The notes below the pieces were generated by a model. The model saw nothing but the letters and a program-made list of their open reading frames with translations. It was not told the origin of the DNA and made no database searches. The position numbers and the translations under genes were made by a program. From a virus, in the UHGV virus genome UHGV-1686243: a stretch of DNA of 24,442 nucleotides, one strand, 5' to 3'. Positions 7,465 to 16,500 of the stretch are shown piece after piece. Every line of letters starts with the position of its first letter. The stretch's first letter is position 1.

Positions 7465-9147
7465 ATGGCAACGAAAGACAAAAACAAAGGCTTTCTGTCA
7501 GCATTGAAGAAAGCCTTCAACGGTGGTGATGTTACGCCCGCCGATCCGGTCGTTTTTACGAGCGGACATAGTGTCGTTGCTCGTTCCGGCCTGTCTGCTT
7601 TACGTCCAGGCATCCTGGGGAGCAATAGCGATGGCATGACGAGTGAAGCAGATTCAATTTCTTTATCCGCTGAACTGCCCGGCGAGCGCCTGCAAAAGTA
7701 CAACATCCTGGAAACGATGGCTAAAAGCCCGACTATCTCGACGGCTTTAAATATTCACATTGCACATGCGCTTGCGCCTTCAAAAAAAACCGGACAAGCA
7801 TTCATCCTTTCGCCAAAGGATGGTTCCGATGCCGAGGCAGTAAGTAGATGTGAAGAGTTAACCGCTGATTTGGGGGCGATGATTAATGACGGACTTCCTT
7901 CATGGGCCATGATTATGGCGATCTTTGGGGTGTCTTATGTCCGACCTTATGCTGAACAGGGCAGGGGGATAACAGGCATTGAGTCCAGTTATTACACTCT
8001 GCCACACTTCGTCCAGGAGTTTTATCGTGGTAGCCAGCTGGTAGGTTTCAGTGGTGATTACATTCTGGATACGCATAGTTTGCGCAGAGTAATAACCGAA
8101 CCGTGGAATCTGGTTTCCATGAAAAATCCCTATTGGACGCCACAGCATAAAGTTATTCCGGTTAGCTACGGCACAAAAGGGTACTCACTGTTAAGTGATC
8201 AGGCTGATAAGCCGTTAATGGAGACGCAGAATTACGGAACTTCATTCCTGGAATACAGCTATGAACCTTACCTTAATTTATGTGCTTCGCTCGCCGCGCT
8301 GAAATCAACGCGAAATAATGCAGCCAAAATTGACCGCCTGATTGCTCTTACGACGAACACACTGGACCCGGTTAATGCGGCGAACTATACGCGTGGCGTC
8401 AGCCAGGCATTGAAGCGTCATAGTGACCTGGTGGCGCAAAGGTCGATTAATGCCAACGCTATTCCGACTGTGCTTAACCATCTGATACCTGTTATGGGAG
8501 ACGGGAAGAACGGCATCACCATTGATACGCAATCCATACCCGCAGATATCAGTGGTATTGAAGACGTTATGTTTCACCTCCGGCAGCTTGCTGCAAGCCT
8601 CGGCATTGACGCAACAATGCTTGGCTGGGCTGATCAGATGAGCGGAGGGCTTGGAGAAGGCGGCTGGCAGCAAACTGCTATCCAGGCTGCATTGCGTGCG
8701 AACTGGATCAGACAGGCCGCCCAGCGAACTATTTATCGGCTTCTGGACATTCACCTCGCTTATAAATACGGCAAGGTTTACACCGAAACAAACCGCCCTT
8801 ATGACGTGCAATTCAACTCAATGAACACTGCTATCCAGGAAGAGGAAAACCGAGAACTGGATGCACGCGCCAACTTTGTTGCTGTCATCTCCCAAATTAT
8901 GGACCAGATCCAGAACAACCCGAAACTGGCTGGTAGCGACGCGTTTATGCGTTATCTGTTCACTGAGCAGTTGCACATCGACGATGACACTCTCAACACC
9001 ATGATCAAAGAGTTTAAGGCGAATGAATCAGAGCAAAACAACGAGCATGGTATGTACGAATCCGCGCCGTTGTCGTCCGGTGACGATCCGGAAAACTGGA
9101 CGCCAGAACAGTTAATAAACTTTGCAAAATTTGTGATGAGCAATTAA
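7465..9147 (+). CDS. portal-like head protein (putative)
   Basis: The 560-aa protein has no Walker A motif, so it is not a large terminase. Its size and its position directly before a coiled-coil protease/scaffold-like gene suggest a portal. The call is weak. Confidence 0.3.
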   Translation: MATKDKNKGFLSALKKAFNGGDVTPADPVVFTSGHSVVARSGLSALRPGILGSNSDGMTSEADSISLSAELPGERLQKYNILETMAKSPTISTALNIHIAHALAPSKKTGQAFILSPKDGSDAEAVSRCEELTADLGAMINDGLPSWAMIMAIFGVSYVRPYAEQGRGITGIESSYYTLPHFVQEFYRGSQLVGFSGDYILDTHSLRRVITEPWNLVSMKNPYWTPQHKVIPVSYGTKGYSLLSDQADKPLMETQNYGTSFLEYSYEPYLNLCASLAALKSTRNNAAKIDRLIALTTNTLDPVNAANYTRGVSQALKRHSDLVAQRSINANAIPTVLNHLIPVMGDGKNGITIDTQSIPADISGIEDVMFHLRQLAASLGIDATMLGWADQMSGGLGEGGWQQTAIQAALRANWIRQAAQRTIYRLLDIHLAYKYGKVYTETNRPYDVQFNSMNTAIQEEENRELDARANFVAVISQIMDQIQNNPKLAGSDAFMRYLFTEQLHIDDDTLNTMIKEFKANESEQNNEHGMYESAPLSSGDDPENWTPEQLINFAKFVMSN

Positions 9148-9160
9148 CCGGAGGGAAATA

Positions 9161-10159
9161 ATGCAATCACTGAATACTGTTACGGATCGCTTCTCCCTGG
9201 TAGAGAAAATCCGCAAACACACACCGCAGAACAACCGAAATTACGTCATTCAGTCGGTACGAGACACATTCAACTCGCCAGAAACAAAAGAGCGTATCGC
9301 GCTGGGTGAGATGTATGGTTATTACGGTCATGGTCGCCGGGCGATGCACTATAACAAAACGAAAAGCCTGAACTTGCCGGAAGTCTCTGTTGTGATGGTA
9401 GATGGGAAGCCTGTTGTATTGGAGAACGTGCCGTCAAACAGGACTATCGACATTTCGATTGACGACAACGGCATTGTTACTCATACGCAGGAAATACTGG
9501 ATACAGACACCGGGCGTATTGTTCAGGGCATGATTAATTCTGGTGCTGGTGGTTGGTCGTGGGCTACATCTGGTCCAGATTCATCGGTATCCCTGGTAAA
9601 GTCTTTCCACGGCTTTGATTACGTAACTGTGCCTAACTATATCAGCCTCGACAAGAAAAGCCTGATGCTTGAATCAGCAGAAGAGCGCGATGCGGCTATT
9701 CATGCAGCACTTATCGAACAAGGTTTTACCGATAACGCTGCTACGGATCTGGTTCACCACTTTTCAGCAATGAAAAATCAGCAAGCCATGCTCGAATCTG
9801 CACATCGTGAAGCCCTGGAATCAGAATTGATGCTCCTTGAAGTGGAAAACATACAGCTTCGAGATAAGCTGCGCGCTCAAACAGCGATGATGGAAAGCCA
9901 GGGGGAAAATGCAAAGCAATGCCGCCGGATTTTGCGTGAAGCTATCCAGGAAATGCCTGTTTTTATCAGCGCAGAACAGCGCCGGGCGCTCTGCCGTATG
10001 CAGTCTGAAGATGATGCCCGCATAGTGGCTGCGATGCTTGAATCTCTTGGGGCAAATGCTACTTATGGCTTACCGGTATCAGGCAAGAAAGAACCAGAGT
10101 TATCACCGAAGGAGAACAAAAACACTACCCCGTTACTCTTCGTTTCCAGAAGGGGGTAA
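9161..10159 (+). CDS. head morphogenesis protein (putative prohead protease/scaffold with C-terminal coiled coil)
   Basis: RBS GGAGGG is 5 nt before ATG 9161, 13 nt after the portal-like gene. The C-terminal ~120 aa are heptad-like and Ala/Glu/Leu/Gln-rich. No catalytic residues could be assigned by eye. Confidence 0.3.
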   Translation: MQSLNTVTDRFSLVEKIRKHTPQNNRNYVIQSVRDTFNSPETKERIALGEMYGYYGHGRRAMHYNKTKSLNLPEVSVVMVDGKPVVLENVPSNRTIDISIDDNGIVTHTQEILDTDTGRIVQGMINSGAGGWSWATSGPDSSVSLVKSFHGFDYVTVPNYISLDKKSLMLESAEERDAAIHAALIEQGFTDNAATDLVHHFSAMKNQQAMLESAHREALESELMLLEVENIQLRDKLRAQTAMMESQGENAKQCRRILREAIQEMPVFISAEQRRALCRMQSEDDARIVAAMLESLGANATYGLPVSGKKEPELSPKENKNTTPLLFVSRRG

Positions 10160-10177
10160 TCGCCTTGTTAAGTTAAA

Positions 10178-10187
10178 TTTCTAACAT
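10178..10187 (-). promoter_or_regulatory. GTTAGAAA motif copy (minus-strand orientation), adjacent to 7-bp inverted repeat AGTGTAT/ATACACT
   Basis: Plus-strand TTTCTAACAT is the reverse complement of ATGTTAGAAA. It lies in the intergenic region after the protease/scaffold-like gene. Confidence 0.3.
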
Positions 10188-10270
10188 AGTGTATTTATAT
10201 ACACTGTTGATCCTGGTGGATGGGATCGAGTAGGATCGCGGTCACTGCTCCGGTAGCGACTGCCAAAAAA

Positions 10271-10297
10271 GCAAAAGCCGCTGAGAAGCGGCTTTTT
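10271..10297 (+). terminator. intrinsic terminator (bidirectional-looking)
   Basis: GC-rich stem AAAGCCGCT-gaga-AGCGGCTTT is followed by a T5 run and preceded by an A-run. Confidence 0.6.
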
Positions 10298-10300
10298 GGG

Positions 10301-10330
10301 TGTATAAATCCACTGCCATAGATTTATACG
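10301..10330 (+). promoter_or_regulatory. operator-like perfect inverted repeat GTATAAATC-N10-GATTTATAC upstream of the HTH gene
   Basis: 9-bp arms are perfectly complementary, 30 bp before GTG 10360. Related half-sites (GTATTTATA / TATACACT) occur at 10190-10200. Confidence 0.35.
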
Positions 10331-10359
10331 GTAGATAGATTTTTTCACGGAACTATCTG

Positions 10360-11322
10360 GTGAGTATTTTAAATTCAGTTTCAGTAACTTTCAACACTTC
10401 TGAGTATAAAAACAACACTGAATACCACAAAAAAATCAAAGGTCATCAGTTGAGTTTTTTTGCTCGTCATAGCGGTCTTCTTTCCCCTTCACATAGCGCC
10501 ATTATTGCCGAGTTCGCCAACCTGGCAGGGTCTACCGATGAATACATGATCCGTCGCTCATATGCTGATATGTCCGAGATTACAGGACGCAGTATTTCTA
10601 CTGTGCGCCGGGCATTTGCTGAAGCGACGAAGTGCGGAATGCTTGTTAAGCAACATCAGGTAGCGAATAACAATGCCCAGGTGTGTAACGTATATCGGTT
10701 TACGACACAATTTCTCCACTTCATTCATGTAGCAATGGAGATAGGGGGTAAGCAGGGCATCAAATTTGCCAACGCCACAAAACTGGTTAAGCAGTTGATT
10801 TCAAAGGTTCGTTATTTTTTTGAAACTGGGACCCCCCTGTTCAAATTGAACAAGTCCCCCCATGTTCAAAATGAACAGCCAATAGAAAATAAGAGTCACT
10901 CTATAGCCAAAAGAAGAGAAAGATCATGCGCGGTTCAGCCAAAGGCTTCACCAGCAGATAGTTCTCAAACGGATAACGTGGTACTGGATAAAAAACCAGT
11001 AACCAGGGAAGAACATACCAACCACTGCCTGGCGGCGGCAAAAGCGAGAGCTGCAAAGCGTCGTTCAGACGAGGGGCACGCAAAACGGCAGGCTCTGTAT
11101 CGTACCGCTGAAAAGCTGGCAAAAAAATTTGCATGGATACGTAGTGCCGCTACCGCAGTGAATAAGCCTAAACAATCCAGTGCCTTGGATTTCTCAATGG
11201 ATTATTCTGGCTCCCAGGGGTGTGCAACCATTGGTGAAGCCTTTGACCTGATGAAACAGCGTGGCTATCGGTCTGAATTTGACCGTGAGGATTGGTCAAT
11301 CCCGGCTGGCTTTAGGGGATGA
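10360..11322 (+). CDS. winged-helix DNA-binding protein, possible replication initiator (RepL-like?) or early regulator
   Basis: GTG start with weak RBS; the start is uncertain. HTH-like segment ADMSEITGRSISTVRRAFAEATKCGMLVK; basic C-terminal half. Internal palindromic repeats are listed in the findings. Confidence 0.4.
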   Translation: MSILNSVSVTFNTSEYKNNTEYHKKIKGHQLSFFARHSGLLSPSHSAIIAEFANLAGSTDEYMIRRSYADMSEITGRSISTVRRAFAEATKCGMLVKQHQVANNNAQVCNVYRFTTQFLHFIHVAMEIGGKQGIKFANATKLVKQLISKVRYFFETGTPLFKLNKSPHVQNEQPIENKSHSIAKRRERSCAVQPKASPADSSQTDNVVLDKKPVTREEHTNHCLAAAKARAAKRRSDEGHAKRQALYRTAEKLAKKFAWIRSAATAVNKPKQSSALDFSMDYSGSQGCATIGEAFDLMKQRGYRSEFDREDWSIPAGFRG

Positions 11323-11375
11323 CCTGTGCGTCTACAAAACATCCCAATGATCGGAAAATGCTCTCTCAATAATTT

Positions 11376-11386
11376 GTGTTAGAAAA
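11376..11386 (+). promoter_or_regulatory. GTGTTAGAAAA motif copy, preceded by ATGCTCTCTCAATAATTT
   Basis: Exact motif in the intergenic leader upstream of the small ORF / antirepressor operon, followed by TTAATTT. Confidence 0.35.
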
Positions 11387-11736
11387 TTAATTTGCTGTTT
11401 CTAAATCGGAATGTATGATCTGCATCATCGACTGAAATCATCCATTGCTGAAATTTTTAGTTGATCTTCCATGTTTTCAGGCTTATATTCATGTCGTCGT
11501 AGCAAATTCTGCGACCGGGTTTAGCAGCCTGAATACGAATGCGGACAACCGCAGATATCCGATATTGCGGTATTTTTGTGTCCGTAAAACCACGTTACGC
11601 CCGAATTATGGTGGGGCGTGATGGGGAGGCTTCGGCCTGCTGGTTTCATTCGTGCCAGTCTGCTAACCCCGTCACGTCCTGCCACCCGTTTAGCAGCGGG
11701 GCGCAGGTTGTTAAACCTACGAATGAGGCCGTAACT

Positions 11737-11961
11737 ATGGTTAATGCCAATCCTTGCTCGCGCCCGGAATTTATCTGGCGTTTCCACTCCCTGCAAAAAC
11801 ACTGCGATCACTTCGCAATTGCCGCAACTGAAAAAGAAGCCCGTTCTCTGATCCCTGATCAACATGGCGTCCTGACTGGCCGTTTCTCTACTTCATCACA
11901 ACCAAACACTAATCCTTGGTATCGCAATATTACCCATCCCGGAATTGCGGAGGCACACTGA
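11737..11961 (+). CDS. 74-aa protein translationally coupled to the antirepressor gene (Icd-like position)
   Basis: RBS GAGG is 8 nt before ATG 11737. The stop overlaps the Rha-gene start (TGATG). The longer 140-aa frame upstream has no RBS and runs through the hairpin-rich leader. Confidence 0.35.
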   Translation: MVNANPCSRPEFIWRFHSLQKHCDHFAIAATEKEARSLIPDQHGVLTGRFSTSSQPNTNPWYRNITHPGIAEAH

Positions 11962-12668
11962 TGGATATCTGCATTCTTGAAAAGCCATCAATGACCAGCA
12001 TTGAGATCGCGGAGCTGGTGGGAAGTCGTCCAGATAACGTAAAAATATCAATAGAGCGCCTGGCTAAATCTGGAGTTATTCAACTTCCTGCATTGCAGGT
12101 TTTCGAAAAAATCAATAACTTAGGACTACGCCGTAGTGTCGAGGCTTACGTCTTCGAAGGCGAGCAAGGCAAACGAGACAGCATTATTGTCGTTGCGCAG
12201 CTCTCTCCGGAATTCACCGCCCGGCTGGTGGACCGCTGGCGCGAACTGGAAGAACAAGTACGCCAGCCGTTGACCGAAATAGAGATGATCGCCGCAATGG
12301 CTGCAAATGCAGTTCAGCAGCAAAAGCGGCTTCATGCTGTTGAGTCAAAGGTTAGCCAGGTCGCTGAAACCGTCGAGCAAATCAAGAAGGGCAACATGCC
12401 AGATGGCTACATTGGCTACCGCCAGCTGGCTGCGAAATGTGGCCTGACTGAAGCCAAATGCCGCAACCTGGTTAACGCTTTCCGGATTCCCACCGATACG
12501 CATGAGTTTTTAACTCCAGAGGGGGTATTGTCGCGTCGTTCCATCGTGGCCTTATCTCCCTTCATGAATGCTTTTAACCGGATGATGTCGGAGGCAGAAC
12601 ACCGAGGAAAACGCTGGTATCACCCCAAAATGGGGCAATTCCAGGTGATCGGTTGGGGAGGTGAGTGA
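11961..12668 (+). CDS. Rha-family phage regulatory protein (candidate antirepressor)
   Basis: GGAGG is 8 nt before ATG 11961. The N-terminus ...MTSIEIAELVGSRPDNVKISIERLAKSG... matches the Rha signature as recalled (TS..IAE.fGkRHDNVlrdIr.L). Confidence 0.65.
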   Translation: MDICILEKPSMTSIEIAELVGSRPDNVKISIERLAKSGVIQLPALQVFEKINNLGLRRSVEAYVFEGEQGKRDSIIVVAQLSPEFTARLVDRWRELEEQVRQPLTEIEMIAAMAANAVQQQKRLHAVESKVSQVAETVEQIKKGNMPDGYIGYRQLAAKCGLTEAKCRNLVNAFRIPTDTHEFLTPEGVLSRRSIVALSPFMNAFNRMMSEAEHRGKRWYHPKMGQFQVIGWGGE

Positions 12669-12865
12669 TGGACATCATGCAGGCGGTAAAAAAAATCAGG
12701 GAAGGACAGGCTGAAGTGTGCCGCCGTAAAGCATGGAGTATTGATGTATGGGCATGGCCTGATAATTACTCTACTACCGGATGGTTTTGTATTAATGGAC
12801 TCAAGATCCGGGAAGTTTATTTATCGACGGCTGATATAGTCGGTAATGATTGGATCGTGACTTGA
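12668..12865 (+). CDS. DUF2829-like small protein (candidate Tad2-type anti-Thoeris sponge)
   Basis: ATG overlaps the upstream stop, with RBS GGGGAGG. The 65-aa protein has N-terminal ...AVKKIREGQAEVCRRKAW... and C-terminal ...DIVGNDWIVT, which fit the recalled DUF2829 pattern (G..v.RkgW ... DWe.). A paralog-like ORF lies at 21751. Confidence 0.4.
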   Translation: MDIMQAVKKIREGQAEVCRRKAWSIDVWAWPDNYSTTGWFCINGLKIREVYLSTADIVGNDWIVT

Positions 12866-12873
12866 AGCGTGAT

Positions 12874-12898
12874 GCCCCGGCCTGGCCGGGGCTTTTTT
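12874..12898 (+). terminator. intrinsic terminator ending the antirepressor operon
   Basis: GCCCCGG-cctgg-CCGGGGC followed by TTTTTT. It abuts the stop of the convergent minus-strand gene. Confidence 0.65.
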
Positions 12899-13383
12899 CA
12901 TGCCTCATTAGTTGAGGTTGCTGCGTCTCCGACTGGTAACAGAGCGGTATTGCGTGGTTCGCCAGCAGGCCAGCGATAGCCAGACACTCTTGATGTTGGG
13001 AATGCGCGAATATTAACCGCATCCCCCTGGTTCCCACCCAAGACAAGCAGATCGCCATTGGCGCGGCGTCCGACAACGAAGCCTACGTGCCCACCGCCTA
13101 CGCGGGTAAATACAACGATACATCCGTATGCCGGTGTATCTAATTTCTCGCCCCAATCCAGATAGGATTTTGCCGACTCAAATCTTGTTGAGCGGATGCC
13201 TACACGTTCCAGCATTGCACCGACAAATGCTGCGCACCACGGCGTTTCATCGTCTTTAATTCCGCCGCGCTTGATGTCGCGCCAGAACTGAACGATTTCA
13301 GGGTTGTGTTTAGCGCCTTTTATTTCAGTCAAGCCAATGTGCTTACGGGCTTCAATTAGCCAGCGAGGTTCAATGTTTGCCAT
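12898..13383 (-). CDS. CHAP / NlpC-P60-like peptidoglycan hydrolase (TIGR02594-like phage protein)
   Basis: Minus-strand ATG at 13383 with GGGAGA RBS. Cys/His motifs ...ETPWCAAFVGAM... and ...GGGHVGFVVGR... are typical of this phage-associated peptidase family. Confidence 0.6.
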   Translation of the reverse strand: MANIEPRWLIEARKHIGLTEIKGAKHNPEIVQFWRDIKRGGIKDDETPWCAAFVGAMLERVGIRSTRFESAKSYLDWGEKLDTPAYGCIVVFTRVGGGHVGFVVGRRANGDLLVLGGNQGDAVNIRAFPTSRVSGYRWPAGEPRNTALLPVGDAATSTNEA

Positions 13384-13534
13384 ATTTTTCTCCCGGTCAT
13401 GGGTTAATAAGTAGGCAAACTATGGGGAGTATGTGATTTTGACGGTAGTATCGTCCCCCTGAAAATAACATTCTCCATACCCTCTCAACCGTACCGCATA
13501 GCGGAATTTTTTACGGTTTAGAGGGGGAAATCCT

Positions 13535-16500
13535 TTGGACAAACTACTTCATTCAATCAGTGAAGCCTCCAGCTTAGGCGAACTGATTGAAATTGTTAGT
13601 CGGTTGCATAAATTACGTGCTGTTGCGACCTTTGGCGTCAGGAAAGCCGATGGCGTCAGTATTCAGAAAACACGCCGGGCAGCAAACAATGCCGCAGTAA
13701 ATCTTCTTAATTCCCTTCCGCCCGGCTTCGATGGGGCGAAATTAACTGACAAACAACGTCAGATTCTTGCTGGGTATACCGGTGAAGGCGGCCTGACAGA
13801 TGGTGAGGGCAGCCAATACGAATACTACACGCCACAGTTTATGGCTGAAGGTATATGGGATCTGTTTGCTGACTACGGTATTGATGGCGGGCACGTACTG
13901 GAACCATCAGCGGGCACAGGTATTTTCCAGGAGACAAAACGGCAGGGCATGATAATGACCAGCGCCGAACTGTCTCCGATTTCCGGTCGAATAAACCAGC
14001 TTTTGCACCCGGAAGACGATGTGAATATCGGGGCGTTTGAGGCGCTGGCAGCGAAAGACGCAATGTATGATCACGCTGTTGGTAACGTACCGTTTGGTGA
14101 AGGGCGTTCCGGTGTCGCCGGGCTTGATCCGGCATATGCAAACGAGAAGAACGTTGGCAATTACTTTGTGCTGCGCACGATCGACAAGGTTAAGCCTGGT
14201 GGGCTTATCGTATTGGTGGTGCCAAATGGCATGACCGATGGTACGAAATATAAAAAATTGCGCGATAAAGTCAGCCGTAAAGCGGAATTTTTGGGCGCAC
14301 ATCGTATGCCTTCCGGTACGTTCAGCGAATCCGGTACAGATACCGTGGTGGACGTATGGGTATTGCGTAAACACCCGGAAACCTTCCTGGAGATGATCCC
14401 CGACACGGATGATTCAACACTCAAATCGGCAAACGTCCTTTGGGATACCTTCCTCAAAGGAAAATGGTTTACAACCGAAGGGAAGCGATTTGTTTACGGC
14501 GACATGGAACGTACCAGCTTCCGCAATACCCTGGTGGTGAAAAAAGACGGTCGTGTATCCAATGAGTCGATGAAAACCGCGCTATCTCGTCGCTTTGATA
14601 GTCGCATCAATTGGGATTTGCTCGGCGTAACTACTCAGGCATGGCAGGGCGCGAAAGTGGGCGATAAACGCCTTGTAGGCGGTATCTGGCATGAGTTTGA
14701 TGGTCTGAAATGGGTTAAGGACACGACAACCAAATCCTCCGCGCTTGATGTAAGTCGATATGGTGTTTCGACGTTTGGCGATCTGCAGATCGCGTTTCAG
14801 TCAACAAATGGCATTCTGGCTTTGTCATGGGACCAGATATCGGCGATCGCGTCTGACTATCCATCGGTTGTCAGTGATGAAGTGGCAGCAATGATTCGCT
14901 TTGCTGGCAAGCAGCGAGAAAAAGACAGGGAGCGCGTTATGCGCGGTGCACTGATAGGTCAGTTGATCAACAAGGCACTTGATTTGCGTAACCTGGGGGT
15001 GAACGTTGATGACAAACTGGCAGATGCATCCCGCCTGGCGGCAGCAGAAGTTGCGAAGTATGGACCACCGCACGCGATTAAGCTGAATGGGCTTGCTGAA
15101 GCTGGCGCTAAAAACTGGATGACGTTCACTGGCAATGTGAAACAGGATGGTTCCACTTCTGACCTTCTGGCAGGGCGACTTGATGTAACGGATGGTGCTG
15201 CCGGTATTGACTTTACGCGTCCTGAACAAGTGATAGCACATCTTTTTAGTGATGTAGCCCTTAATCCTATAACGCTGGGCGACTTTCGTGAGGCGTTTGC
15301 TGGTGAACTGCCAGAGGACGACGACGCGGCCCTTGAATACCTGGCGAAATTTGATGATATCGCTATTGATGGGTATGGCTGTCTGCTGCCGATGGACCGC
15401 GCCACCAGCGGCGATGTTGCAACCAAAACAGCACTGCTGGTGGGCTGGCGTGATGCGTCAACAGGTGAGCAGAAAGCGAACTTTGAGCGTCAGTTGGCGA
15501 AAATCGAAGAGAAACGTATTTTCACGCCACTAAATAAAGTCACCGTTAATCTGAATGCCCGCTGGCTGGATCGCCGCTTGATAAAAGAGTTCCTGGCAGA
15601 GCAGGGCTATGACGAGTTTAAGTACACTGAACCTGATCTGAAGGTCGTCGATGGCATTCTGGTATCTCCGGACGATTACGAAGGTAAGGACGGTGTATTT
15701 ACCGGCTATCAGCTACGAACCGTAAACGGCAAAAACGGGAATGAGTTCAAGAAGGCCAACAATAAAGACGGCTTCCTGAACCAGTTAGAAAACTACCTGA
15801 ACGGTGTTAAACCGCGTGGGCAGAACGCTAACGAGTACCTGGATAAAATTGCTCAACTGGAAGTTAGCTTTAACGACTGGTTACGCACCCACCCGCAGGC
15901 GGATCAGATAGCCCGTGACTATAACGACGCATTCAATGGTTTCATTCCGTTCACACATTCTGACGCACCGCTAGGCCTGGAAGGGATTAGTGGAAAGCGC
16001 ATTCCTCTGACTTATCAGAATGAAGAAGTTCGCCGCTTGTCAGAAGATGGGCGTGGCATCATGGGATTTGGTACCGGGCTGGGTAAAACCACGACCGCGC
16101 TTGCGCTTGAGGCGTATAACTTCGAAACAGGTCGCACTAAACGCACGTGTATTGTTGTTCCGAAGGCGGTTTATCAGAACTGGTATCACGAGGCACAGAG
16201 TTTCTACAGTGCTGATGCCTTCGCCAATATGATGTTTATCGGTTTGGATGAAGTTCGTGATGACGGCGGAAATATTCTTACCGCGCCAGTGCTTGATGAA
16301 AATGGCGAACCACGCCTCGACAGTAACGGGCAGCCTCTTACCAGAAATGTTGTGAAAGAGTCCGCCAGCGCCGTTATCGTTCAGCGCATGAACATGATCC
16401 CGTCGTCAAATTGGCGAACGGTCATCATGACAAAAGAACAATTCGCGTCTATCCCGCTACGAGAAAAAACCATCGAGGAGAACTCACAGCAAGCTGTCTT

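Noticed and set aside
7465-9147. Possibility that the 560-aa protein is a terminase large subunit
   Set aside because: No Walker A (GxxxxGK[ST]) or other ATPase motif is present anywhere in the protein. Portal-like is retained as the low-confidence alternative.
11521-11961. 140-aa plus-strand ORF 11539-11961 and 114-aa minus-strand ORF 11521-11865
   Set aside because: They overlap each other on opposite strands across the hairpin-rich leader and neither has an RBS. Only the last 74 codons of the plus frame have a proper RBS and coupling to the next gene, so only that part is called.
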